A stretch of 64,000 nt of DNA, taken from the NCBI GenBank assembly GCA_013361065.1, contig JABWAK010000002.1, positions 2,273 to 66,272 on the forward strand, written 5' to 3'. The stretch comes from Bacteroidota bacterium. GTDB lineage: Bacteria; Bacteroidota; Ignavibacteria; UBA10030; UBA8401. The first letter of the stretch is position 1; the number at the start of each line of letters is the position of its first letter. Positions 1-8,488 of the stretch are shown one piece after another. The notes under the pieces are model-generated. The model made no database searches. It had not been told where the DNA came from and worked only from the letters and a program-made list of their open reading frames with translations. Both the position numbers and the translations under genes were made by a program.

Positions 1-8
1 GATTTTCA

Positions 9-178
9 ATAACTATATATACACATTTCTACAACATGTCGAAGTGTAAAAAATTGTCCCTTCTTTTTCTTCGCTTCAGTAGGCAAAAGATATTCAAATG
101 CATCATCCATGATTCTCAAATTTGAGCCAAATAAGCGAACTCCTTCAATTGGGCCAACACAAACTTGTAGATGATCTT
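9..178 (-). pseudogene. Internal fragment of an N-6 adenine DNA methyltransferase (type I HsdM / type IIG-like)
   Basis: Translation DHLQVCVGPIEGVRLFGSNLRIMDDAFEYLLPTEAKKKKGQFFTLRHVVEMC contains the DAFEYL..K..GQFFT(P)R.VV motif of N6_Mtase proteins. It hits a stop at 6-8, before motif I, and has no plausible N-terminus. Confidence 0.7.
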
Positions 179-231
179 GACCTGCCCCCATATGATATGC
201 CAGTGCTTCGTTTAGATTTTCTGCCTCAGGC

Positions 232-275
232 ACCTGCCTGCCGGTCCCGAAGGGACACCTTTGGTGCAGGCAGGT
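232..275. repeat. Short branched palindrome (ACCTGCCTGC...GCAGGCAGGT enclosing two mini-hairpins)
   Basis: 10-bp inverted arms at 232-241 and 266-275 enclose GTCCC-GAA-GGGAC and CACC-TTT-GGTG. A related core CCTGCCTGTCGGCAGGCA lies at 32738-32755. Confidence 0.6.
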
Positions 276-289
276 TGGCAAGCCGAAGC

Positions 290-567
290 TTATAAAATGA
301 TTCTGGTGCCGGTGGTCTGTAGCCTGATGTACTGTGTATCCTCTCCGTGTTGTACAACCTCCTCCATCTCTCGGTACCAACCCTCTCTTCGGTCAATGTA
401 TCAAAGATCTCTCCATTGAGCAACTCATCTCTTACTTTTCCATTGAACGATTCAATGTATCCGTTCTCCCAAGGACTTCCCGGTTCTATGAACAGTGTTC
501 CGACATCCAACCGGTGAAGCCATTCTCTCAAAATATCTGCAACAAACTCCGGTCCGTTTTCCGATCA
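290..567 (-). mobile_element. Degenerate IS3-family transposase (OrfB integrase core, 3' part only)
   Basis: Frame reads *SENGPEFVADILREWL...FIEPGSPWENGYIESFNGKVRDELLN...WRRLYNTERIHSTSGYRPP, typical of IS3 rve/rve_3. The Arg of RSDNGPEF is a TGA stop and the 5' part of the element is missing. Confidence 0.85.
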
Positions 568-649
568 CGCAGCCGTTAACGAGTAGTGCGGTAAAAGACA
601 GCGATACGACGACGATCGTTCGAACGAGCACGACACTCCTGTTTCTCAT
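568..649 (-). pseudogene. 5' stub of a lipoprotein gene, truncated at the IS3 remnant
   Basis: MRNRSVVLVRTIVVVSLSFTALLVNGC is a basic-hydrophobic-lipobox signal peptide. IS3-derived sequence begins immediately after the Cys codon. Confidence 0.45.
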
Positions 650-1122
650 CGATTCACGGACCTACCCTTTCCCGCCGGCATGCGGTTCGCAATTATTTTT
701 GCAGAATGAGTTTTCTTGCTGCCGTAAAAGCTCCGCCCGCAGAACTTCCCTGCGGCACGTCGATTCTAGACGATACTGTTCCGGATAAGACCCGGAAGCA
801 CGATGGAAGACCTATCCATGTTATAGAACATTTGATTCCCCAGTAATACCGTATTCACGTAAGGAAGCAGCAGAGGAACACACAGCCGGATGACGCACCG
901 CGGGATGGCATACCGGACGAACCGCCGGAGGCAACAGGTCCCCGGTCCGGCAACGCCCATTCCATTGCATTTCTGCATGATTTGTGCTACTTTGAGGGGA
1001 TATTGATTTTTTCCCATTGCCGCTGTTCAGGGATCTTTGCGGTTGGAATGCAGCAGGGTGCCGCCACACACCGATAAATTACGTGGACACGATCCCGGAC
1101 AACGGCCCAAAGTACACGTGCC

Positions 1123-2451
1123 ATGGCAGAAGAAACACCCGAACAAGCTCCGGAGCAGCAGCAGCCGGAACAGCAGCAGAACGCCCCGAAACGGGATAAC
1201 CCGTTCCGCCGCAAGAACTTCCGGGGAAAATATCCCCGGCCGGAACGTAAACCGGATTCAGAGTTCTCATCGTTAGAGAATGTGGACGAACTTCCCGCCT
1301 CCATCTTCGGCGAGGAATCAGCCGCCGCCGAGAAGAAAGAACCGGAAGAACAGGGCGGTGTCTCCGCTCCGCAGTCTCAACCTCAATCGCAATCCCAGCC
1401 CCAACAGCGTCAGCAGCAGCGCCAGCAGAATCCGCGTCCCGAACGCCAGCAGCAGCCGCGCCAGCAGAACCCGCGTCCCGAACGCCAGCAGGAACAGCGT
1501 GCACCGCAGACCAATAACGGACGGGTCACCGTTTCCGTCGTCATCCCGCTGCTGAACGAGGATGAGTCGCTGCGCGAACTGCACGAACAGCTGAAGAATT
1601 CCCTGGCCCGCGTACCGGGCAACTACGAGCTGATCTTCGTGGATGACGGCTCCACCGACAACTCGTTCAAAGTGCTGAAGGAACTCAAGTCCCGCAACCC
1701 GCGCGTCAAGGCGATCCGTTTCCGCCGCAACTACGGCAAGAGCGCCGCACTGCAGGTCGGCTTCCAGAAAGCACAGGGAGAGTTCGTGATCACGATGGAT
1801 GCGGACCTGCAGGACGATCCGGCAGAGATCCCGAACCTGATCAAGGAACTGCGCGGCGGTCTCGACGTGGTCTCCGGATGGAAGAAACGCCGGAAGGACC
1901 CGCTCGGCAAGACCATCCCCTCCAAGTTCTTCAACTTCGTCACCGCGCTGGTCACCGGCATCAAGATCCACGACTTCAACTGCGGATTGAAGGGTTACAA
2001 ACTGGATGTGGTGAAGAGCGTGAATGTGTACGGCGAACTTCACCGGTACATCCCGGCGCTCGCTCATTGGGCCGGCTTCCGCGTCGGCGAAACGGTGGTG
2101 AACCACCGTCCCCGCCGCTACGGCAAGACCAAGTTCGGCATGGCGCGCTACTCGCGCGGCTTCCTGGACCTGCTGACGGTCGTCTTCACCACGCGCTACT
2201 TCTCCCGCCCGCTCCATCTGTTCGGCGGCTGGGGGATCCTCTCCGCGCTGGCAGGAATGATCATCAGCGGCTGGCTGGTGTACGAGAAGTACATGAACGG
2301 CATGCCGCTCAGCAACCGTCCCCTCTTCATCGTCGGTCTGATCATGGTGATCGTCGGCGTGCAGTTCGTCTCCATGGGACTGCTCGGCGAGCTCATCACC
2401 AAGAACCAGCATCTGGAAAAAGAGTACTCGGTCCGCGAAGAGATCAATTGA
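1123..2451 (+). CDS. Glycosyltransferase family 2 (polyprenol-phosphate GT, ArnC/GtrB-like) with a long Q/P/R/E-rich N-terminal extension
   Basis: VSVVIPLLNE, FVDDGSTD, RNYGKSAAL, MDADLQDDP (DxD) and two C-terminal TM helices. The first ~130 aa are low-complexity. Confidence 0.92.
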   Translation: MAEETPEQAPEQQQPEQQQNAPKRDNPFRRKNFRGKYPRPERKPDSEFSSLENVDELPASIFGEESAAAEKKEPEEQGGVSAPQSQPQSQSQPQQRQQQRQQNPRPERQQQPRQQNPRPERQQEQRAPQTNNGRVTVSVVIPLLNEDESLRELHEQLKNSLARVPGNYELIFVDDGSTDNSFKVLKELKSRNPRVKAIRFRRNYGKSAALQVGFQKAQGEFVITMDADLQDDPAEIPNLIKELRGGLDVVSGWKKRRKDPLGKTIPSKFFNFVTALVTGIKIHDFNCGLKGYKLDVVKSVNVYGELHRYIPALAHWAGFRVGETVVNHRPRRYGKTKFGMARYSRGFLDLLTVVFTTRYFSRPLHLFGGWGILSALAGMIISGWLVYEKYMNGMPLSNRPLFIVGLIMVIVGVQFVSMGLLGELITKNQHLEKEYSVREEIN

Positions 2452-2521
2452 GCGTCCTCATTTTTCCATCATGATGTACGTTGAGACGCAGCGGTTTGCG
2501 TCTCAACCGTTTTAAACGACT

Positions 2522-3649
2522 ATGAAAATCCTCCTGTTCGGTCCGGCATACCCTCTCCGCGGCGGCATGGCGCACTTCATCGCGCTGCTGTACACGGAGC
2601 TGACGCGCCGCGGCCATCAGGTGAAGATCATCAACTTCACGCGACAGTATCCCAGGATCCTCTTCCCCGGCAAGACGCAGGAGGAGAGCGGCGAAGCCGG
2701 CATCCCGGTGCCGAGCACCGCGCTCATCGACTCCATCAATCCGTTCAACTGGCTCTATCACGGATACCGGCTGCGCCGCGAGAAGGCGGACCTCGTCATC
2801 TCCACGTTCTGGCTGCCGTTCCTCGCCCCCAGTTCCGGCACGCTGCATATGATGCTCCGCAGCAAGCGGACGAAGACACTCACCATCCTGCATAACCTGA
2901 TCCCGCACGAGAAGCGTCCGGGCGACATGCTCTTCACCCGCTGGCTGACGATGTTCACGGACTATTTCATCGCCCAGTCCGCCTCAGTGGAGAAGGACCT
3001 GCAGCAGTTCGTCCCGGGGGCCACATACCGGCGCGTGGCGCTGCCGATGTTCTCGCTGTTCAAAAACCGCATCCCGAAAGAGGAGGCGAAACGCGCGCTG
3101 AACATCACGGATGAACGCGTGATCCTCTTCTTCGGCTACATCCGTCCCTACAAAGGACTCCACGTACTTATCGATGCAATGAAGATCCTCAAGCAGCGGA
3201 TGAAGGTGCGGCTGCTCGTGTGCGGTGAGTTCTACGGGGACGAGGAGAAGTACCGGGCGCATATGACGGAGGCCGGCATCGACGACTGCACGACAGTGAT
3301 CTCGGACTACATCCCCAACGAGAAAGTCCACACATACTTCTCTGCTGCTGATGTGGTGGTGCAGCCGTACATCTCCGCCACACAGAGTGCCATCGCCCAG
3401 ATCGCGTACTTCTTCTCCTCCCCCATCATCGCCACGAATGTCGGTGCGCTGCCGGAGGTGGTGATCGACGGGCGCTCCGGACTGATCGTCCCGCCGAACG
3501 ACCCGCAGGCGATCGCCGATGCGGTCGTCCGCTTCTACGACGAGCGGCTGGAAGCGCCCCTGGCGGCGGGTGCCGCGGAGGAACGGAAGAAATATTCGTG
3601 GGAAGCAATGGCGGAAGCAATAGAAGAGCTCACACGAAATTCAAAATGA
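2522..3649 (+). CDS. Glycosyltransferase family 4 (GT-B)
   Basis: GPAYPLRGG N-terminus, LFFGYIRPYKG, and ADVVVQPY-SATQS...PIIATNVGALPEV. Confidence 0.92.
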   Translation: MKILLFGPAYPLRGGMAHFIALLYTELTRRGHQVKIINFTRQYPRILFPGKTQEESGEAGIPVPSTALIDSINPFNWLYHGYRLRREKADLVISTFWLPFLAPSSGTLHMMLRSKRTKTLTILHNLIPHEKRPGDMLFTRWLTMFTDYFIAQSASVEKDLQQFVPGATYRRVALPMFSLFKNRIPKEEAKRALNITDERVILFFGYIRPYKGLHVLIDAMKILKQRMKVRLLVCGEFYGDEEKYRAHMTEAGIDDCTTVISDYIPNEKVHTYFSAADVVVQPYISATQSAIAQIAYFFSSPIIATNVGALPEVVIDGRSGLIVPPNDPQAIADAVVRFYDERLEAPLAAGAAEERKKYSWEAMAEAIEELTRNSK

Positions 3650-3745
3650 ATAATTGATAATGGATAATGGGGAACATTACCATATCAATTGTTCGTATTG
3701 GATCCACCATTCTTAATTATCAATTCATTCATTATCAATTGTTTT
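3646..3745. repeat. AT-rich heptamer repeats arranged as an imperfect inverted repeat
   Basis: Left TAATTGA-TAATGGA-TAATGGG. The right arm ...TTCATTATCAATTGTT is the reverse complement of AACAATTGATAATGAA. Confidence 0.55.
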
Positions 3746-3748
3746 TGT

Positions 3749-4558
3749 ATGCAATACGATCCCATCAAGAATGTCATCGGTGATGTCGCCAAGAAGGCGC
3801 TCTTCCTCCGCAAGTTCTTCTACTGGCTGCTCGGGGTGCTCTTCCTCCGCACCTGGTATGTGAAACGTGCGCTCAACGAACTGCTCGCCGGGAAACAGGG
3901 AACGTTCCAGCTGTTCGATGCCGGGAGCGGGTTCGGTCAATACTCGTACTACATCGCCAAGCATTTCCCCGGCGCGCGTATCCACGCCATCGACGTCAAA
4001 GAGGACTACATCGCGGACTGTTCGCAGTTCTTCCCTGCCGCCGGCATCACCGCGGTGCACTTCGGCGTGGAGGACCTGACCATGCCGACGCATACGGACC
4101 GGTTCGACTTCATCCTGAGTGTGGATGTGATGGAGCATATCGCGGAGGATGAACTGGTGTTCCGTAACTTCCATGCGGCAATGAAGAAGGGCGGGCGGCT
4201 GCTCATCCACACCCCGTCCAACCTCGGCGGGTCGGACGTGCATCAGGAGGGGGACAAGAGTTTCGTGGAGGAACATGCGCGGGACGGCTATTCCGTGGAG
4301 GATATCACGGCGAAACTGCAGCGGGCCGGGTTCACGGTGCTCTATACGCGCTATTCGTACGGACCGGCCGGCACCCTGGCGTGGCGGCTGGTGGTGAAGT
4401 ATCCGCTGCTGATGGTGAATGCCAGCAAAGCGTTCTTCGTGGTGCTGCCGTTCTATTATCTGGCGACACTCTGGTTCAGTCTGACGCTGATGTGGATCGA
4501 CTTCCACTCCGCCAACAGCACCGGCACCGGACTGCTGGTGGCGGCGGAGAAGCGGTAA
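3749..4558 (+). CDS. Class I SAM-dependent methyltransferase
   Basis: LFDAGSGFG (motif I), FDFILSVDVMEHI and GGRLLIHTP. Start moved to ATG 3749 because the upstream part is the AT-rich repeat. Confidence 0.88.
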   Translation: MQYDPIKNVIGDVAKKALFLRKFFYWLLGVLFLRTWYVKRALNELLAGKQGTFQLFDAGSGFGQYSYYIAKHFPGARIHAIDVKEDYIADCSQFFPAAGITAVHFGVEDLTMPTHTDRFDFILSVDVMEHIAEDELVFRNFHAAMKKGGRLLIHTPSNLGGSDVHQEGDKSFVEEHARDGYSVEDITAKLQRAGFTVLYTRYSYGPAGTLAWRLVVKYPLLMVNASKAFFVVLPFYYLATLWFSLTLMWIDFHSANSTGTGLLVAAEKR

Positions 4559-4607
4559 CACATCGGAACAGTATCAACAGGTATAAAGCTTACGCAGACA
4601 GACGGTG

Positions 4608-4907
4608 TCACAGTTCAATCGAAAGATGCAGCTGGCCGCCTAAGCCGAACTCCACGATCCTCTGCAGCGTAGAAAGGCGGACCTCCTTGATGTCATTCTC
4701 TATCTTTGAGATGTAGGATTTCGTCGTGCCGACCTTCTCTGCCAGCGCTTCTTGGGTCAGCCCTTTTTCCCTTCTCGCTTCCTGCAGAAGCACACCGATC
4801 TTGAATCGTTCATACCCTTCCTCGAGGAGATCCCGTTTCTTCGTCCCCTTTTTTCCATACCGGCGTACTTTGAACTCTTCCAGTGTGAGCAGATTATGTT
4901 TTCCCAT
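4608..4907 (-). CDS. higA: XRE-family HTH antitoxin (HigA-like)
   Basis: LQEARREKGLTQEALAEKVGTTKSYISKIEN is an HTH_3 motif. The gene overlaps the upstream toxin gene by 14 bp. Confidence 0.85.
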   Translation of the reverse strand: MGKHNLLTLEEFKVRRYGKKGTKKRDLLEEGYERFKIGVLLQEARREKGLTQEALAEKVGTTKSYISKIENDIKEVRLSTLQRIVEFGLGGQLHLSIEL

Positions 4908-5244
4908 CTTCGTACTCCTTTTTCAATAATAATGCGCGAGAGATCTCTTTTTTTGGAGTTTTTTGGGATGACTTGTGAAATCCGTGAAGAACGATCACCA
5001 GGTTGCCTTTGCTAAAAAAGCAGAATAACCGGACATGATCGCCTCCCTGCTGTATGCGGATCTCGTACAGACCATCGGTCCCAACGATATGCTTCAAATA
5101 CGATTCGGGAATCCGCGGCAGTTCCTCGATCAGCGTCAGCGTCCAAAGGATCTTCTGCTGCAGCTTTTCTCTTTGTCCGTTAAAAAATTCTAGAAAATAC
5201 TCCTTGTAAAAGAGAACAGCCCTGATGCGCTGTGATTTCTCCAT
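4894..5244 (-). CDS. higB: RelE/ParE-superfamily toxin (HigB / Gp49-like)
   Basis: YLKHIVGTDGLYEIRI...RLFCFF...IVLHGFHKSSQKTPKKEI, with toxin-before-antitoxin gene order. Confidence 0.85.
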   Translation of the reverse strand: MEKSQRIRAVLFYKEYFLEFFNGQREKLQQKILWTLTLIEELPRIPESYLKHIVGTDGLYEIRIQQGGDHVRLFCFFSKGNLVIVLHGFHKSSQKTPKKEISRALLLKKEYEDGKT

Positions 5245-5249
5245 GATGA

Positions 5250-5279
5250 AAGATACGAAAGGTTGCCCGATAGTGCAAC
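5250..5279 (-). promoter_or_regulatory. Putative higBA promoter with overlapping operator palindrome
   Basis: Minus strand TTGCAC-17 nt-TATCTT ends 5 nt before the ATG. The inverted repeat GTTGC-N8-GCAAC (5262-5279) overlaps the -35 box and spacer. Confidence 0.6.
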
Positions 5280-5470
5280 TAACTGTTCATAGGAAAATAT
5301 TGTTCTTTTAGGACCTTAAGATGCGGCATCGTCCCGCGTGCTCCTTTCTTACATCTCACTGAAATTCTCCGTACCTTACGGGCGAGCAGGAGAATATTCC
5401 ATCCTCCTGCTGCATTCCTTCACTTCGTCAACGTCATCGTCGCAGCCCTGTCTGCCCTATCATTATCATC

Positions 5471-7126
5471 ATGGAATCCCTCATACACATCCTCGCGGAG
5501 AACAAGCTCATCCTGCTCTTCTCCATCATCGGCCTCGGCTTCCTCGTCGGACAGCTGCGGGTGCTCGGTTTCAGTCTGGGCGTAGCAGCCGTCCTCTTCA
5601 CCGGTATCGCATTCGGCGCGCTGGACAAGCGCCTGATACTGCCGGAAGAGATCTACATCGTCGGCCTCGTCCTGTTCGTCTACTCGATCGGTCTGCAGTC
5701 CGGACCGAGTTTCTTCGCCTCCTTCAACCGGAAGAGCCTCCGCGCGAACCTCTTCGTGGTGCTCATCCTCATCTCCGGTGCGGCGATCGCCGCCCTGTTC
5801 ACGCAGCTCTTCGGGTTCGATGCACCGAACGCTGCCGGGATCTTCTGCGGCGCACTGACCAACACGCCGGCGCTTGCCGCTTCTGTGGAAGCGGTGAAAT
5901 CGTACACCGCCCAATACCCGGCGGAACTGCGCGAACAGCTGCTGAACGCCCCGGTGATCACCTATGGTCTCACCTATCCCTTCGGCGTGCTGGGGGTGAT
6001 CCTCTGGTACTACATCTTCGCCAAATGGCAGAAGGTCGATTTCGCAAAGGAAGAGGCGGAGCGGAGCCGGGAGGCCGGCTCGGGCGCCATCCTCACCAAG
6101 ACGTTCCTCGTAACGAATCCCGCCGTCATCGGCAAGCAGGCGGAGGAGGTGCTGAACCTGATCGAACAGCGCCGGTTCGTCCTGAGCCGCTTCAAACGGG
6201 GGACGACCATCAACATCATCCTGCCGGACACGGTGTTCGAGAAGAACGACCTGATCGCCGCGGTCGGCACGGCCGATGCGCTGCAGCGTGCGCAGATCAT
6301 CCTCGGCGAGGCGGCGGACGACAAGCTGACACTGGACAATGCCGGCTTCGAGTACCGGCGGATGTTCGTCTCCAACGAGCATGTGGTCGGCAAAGAGATC
6401 CACGACCTGCATCTGGAGAAGGAGTACGGCGCGACCATCACACGCGTGCGCCGCGGCGATGTCGATTTCGTCCCCTCACCCGACACCATTCTGGAACTCG
6501 GCGACCGCGTCCGCGTGGTGACGCGCCACGAGAACATCCAGCGCATCACGAACTTCTTCGGTGATTCGATGAAGTCGATCTCCGAGACCGATTTCCTCTC
6601 CATCTCCCTCGGCATCGTGCTCGGGGTGTTCCTCGGTATGCTACCCATCCCGCTCCCCAACGGCTCCACGTTCAAACTGGGGTTCGCCGGCGGACCGCTC
6701 ATCGCCTCGCTCATCCTCGGACGGCTCCAGCGGACCGGTTCCATCACCTGGACGATGCCGTTCAACGCCAATCTGGTGCTGCGGCAGATCGGCCTGGTCT
6801 TCTTTTTGGCCGGGATCGGCGTGAAAGCCGGTCAGGGGTTCGGCGCAACGTTCCAGGCGGACGGTCTCGTGATGATCGCTGCGGGAGCCCTGCTGACAAC
6901 GGTTATTTCGTTCTTGACATTGACCATCGGTTATAAATATCTTCATCTCCCCATGTCCGCCGTCATGGGGGTCTCCAGTGCGCTCCAGACGCAGCCTGCG
7001 GCACTCGCCTACGCGAACCAGCAGGCACGGAACGACCAGCCGAACATGTACTATGCGATGGTCTATCCGGCATCGATGATCACCAAGATCATCCTGGCGC
7101 AGATGCTGATCACGGCGTTGTGGTAA
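5471..7126 (+). CDS. Aspartate:alanine exchanger (AspT/YidE/YbjL) family transporter with two TrkA-C domains
   Basis: LGVAAVLFTG, GLQSGPSFF, GALTNTPALA and LGFAGGPLI motifs. Duplicated TM halves flank RCK-C domains. Confidence 0.9.
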   Translation: MESLIHILAENKLILLFSIIGLGFLVGQLRVLGFSLGVAAVLFTGIAFGALDKRLILPEEIYIVGLVLFVYSIGLQSGPSFFASFNRKSLRANLFVVLILISGAAIAALFTQLFGFDAPNAAGIFCGALTNTPALAASVEAVKSYTAQYPAELREQLLNAPVITYGLTYPFGVLGVILWYYIFAKWQKVDFAKEEAERSREAGSGAILTKTFLVTNPAVIGKQAEEVLNLIEQRRFVLSRFKRGTTINIILPDTVFEKNDLIAAVGTADALQRAQIILGEAADDKLTLDNAGFEYRRMFVSNEHVVGKEIHDLHLEKEYGATITRVRRGDVDFVPSPDTILELGDRVRVVTRHENIQRITNFFGDSMKSISETDFLSISLGIVLGVFLGMLPIPLPNGSTFKLGFAGGPLIASLILGRLQRTGSITWTMPFNANLVLRQIGLVFFLAGIGVKAGQGFGATFQADGLVMIAAGALLTTVISFLTLTIGYKYLHLPMSAVMGVSSALQTQPAALAYANQQARNDQPNMYYAMVYPASMITKIILAQMLITALW

Positions 7127-7149
7127 TTCCGTAAGGGGGAAGTGTCCGA

Positions 7150-8409
7150 ATGCGATCCGTCAGTCTCTTGTTCATCCTCATCAGCGTCCTGTCCGCACAG
7201 AACCCGTTCGAGGCGTACTACCTTTCCAAACAGCGTCTGCAGGAGAAGGATACCGCCGGCTACTTCTATCTGGCGGAGCAGGCGTACACGCTTGCGCCGT
7301 TCAACCTGGAGTTCACCGTCAATTATGCCCGCGCCTGCGTCACCGTGAACCGGCACATCCGCGCCACGAACCTGCTGCAGGCGGTGGCGGATATGGGATT
7401 CGATTACGACTTGGAGAACGATACCACCTTCCGTCCCCTCTGGAACCAGTCCAAATTCAAACAGCTCAACGCCAAAGCGGAACAATCGTCCAAACTCACG
7501 GCGAGCAACTACGCCTTCTCCGTGAAGGAGAAGGATCTCGTGCCGGAGGGGATCACCTACGATCCCCGTCAGCAGAAGTTCTACATCAGCAGCGTCTACA
7601 AACGGAAGGTGGTCGGCATCAATCTGGACGGGACGACGTTCGACCTGTTGGGCGAAGCGCAGGACGGTCTCTACAGCACGCTGGGGATGAAGGTGGATGC
7701 AGCACGGAACCATCTCTGGATCGCCGGTGTGCTGAACACACCGAAGGCGCGGACGATGGGAGCGGGAGATATGGGCAAGTCCGCCGTGTTCCAGTACGAC
7801 CTGGAGACCAAGCGGCTGCTGAAGAAGTACGTGCCGGACGATACGCTCACCCACCTGTTCAACGACATCGCCACGGTGAACGGATCGGTCTATGTGACGG
7901 ACAGCGAGAACGGCGCCGTGTACCGCATCGATAAAGAGACGCAGACGATGACCCCGTTCTTCCGGTGGGACGGCATGTTCTATCCCAACGGCATCACGTA
8001 CACGCCGGACCGAAAGTATCTCTTCGTGGCGCACTGGGCCGGCATCAGCCGCATCTCACTGGCCGACACGCAGATGGTGATGCTGCAGCACAAGCCGACC
8101 ACCACGCTCACCGGGGTGGACGGTCTCCTCTTCCATGAGAACGCGCTCATCGCCGTACAGAACGGCGCCGGACCGCAATCGCGGATCGTCCGCTTCGAAC
8201 TGAACAAGACGATGGATGCGGTTGCAAAAGCCACGGTGCTCGAGTCGCAGAACCCGCTCTACAATATCCCCACCACCGGCACCATCGTGGATGATGAGTT
8301 CTTCTTCATCGCCAACAGTCAGCTGCAGAACTTCGATGCGCAGGGGAACATCTTCCCCGCGGAACGGATGCAGCCGACCTACATCCTGAAACTGAAACTG
8401 AAGGAATGA
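7150..8409 (+). CDS. Secreted beta-propeller protein (SMP-30/gluconolactonase-like)
   Basis: Signal peptide, then repeated PEGITYD, LGMKVD, FNDIA, PNGITYTPD and DGL blades. Confidence 0.75.
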   Translation: MRSVSLLFILISVLSAQNPFEAYYLSKQRLQEKDTAGYFYLAEQAYTLAPFNLEFTVNYARACVTVNRHIRATNLLQAVADMGFDYDLENDTTFRPLWNQSKFKQLNAKAEQSSKLTASNYAFSVKEKDLVPEGITYDPRQQKFYISSVYKRKVVGINLDGTTFDLLGEAQDGLYSTLGMKVDAARNHLWIAGVLNTPKARTMGAGDMGKSAVFQYDLETKRLLKKYVPDDTLTHLFNDIATVNGSVYVTDSENGAVYRIDKETQTMTPFFRWDGMFYPNGITYTPDRKYLFVAHWAGISRISLADTQMVMLQHKPTTTLTGVDGLLFHENALIAVQNGAGPQSRIVRFELNKTMDAVAKATVLESQNPLYNIPTTGTIVDDEFFFIANSQLQNFDAQGNIFPAERMQPTYILKLKLKE

Positions 8410-8426
8410 CCGGCGCACCGCCGATC

Positions 8427-8461
8427 AAAAAAAATCCCGCTCATCGAGCGGGATTTTTTTT
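8427..8461. terminator. Bidirectional rho-independent terminator
   Basis: A8-TCCCGCTC-ATC-GAGCGGGA-T8 between convergent genes. Confidence 0.9.
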
Positions 8462-8488
8462 ATCCTGTCATTCATCCGATCGTGCGGA

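Noticed and set aside
6..380. 124-aa ORF as an intact gene
   Set aside because: It is a chimera of out-of-frame IS3 sequence, a palindrome and a methyltransferase fragment.
650..1120. ncRNA, riboswitch or small ORFs in the gap upstream of the GT2 gene
   Set aside because: No recognisable RNA family motif and no convincing coding signal by eye. An Rfam/Infernal scan would be needed.
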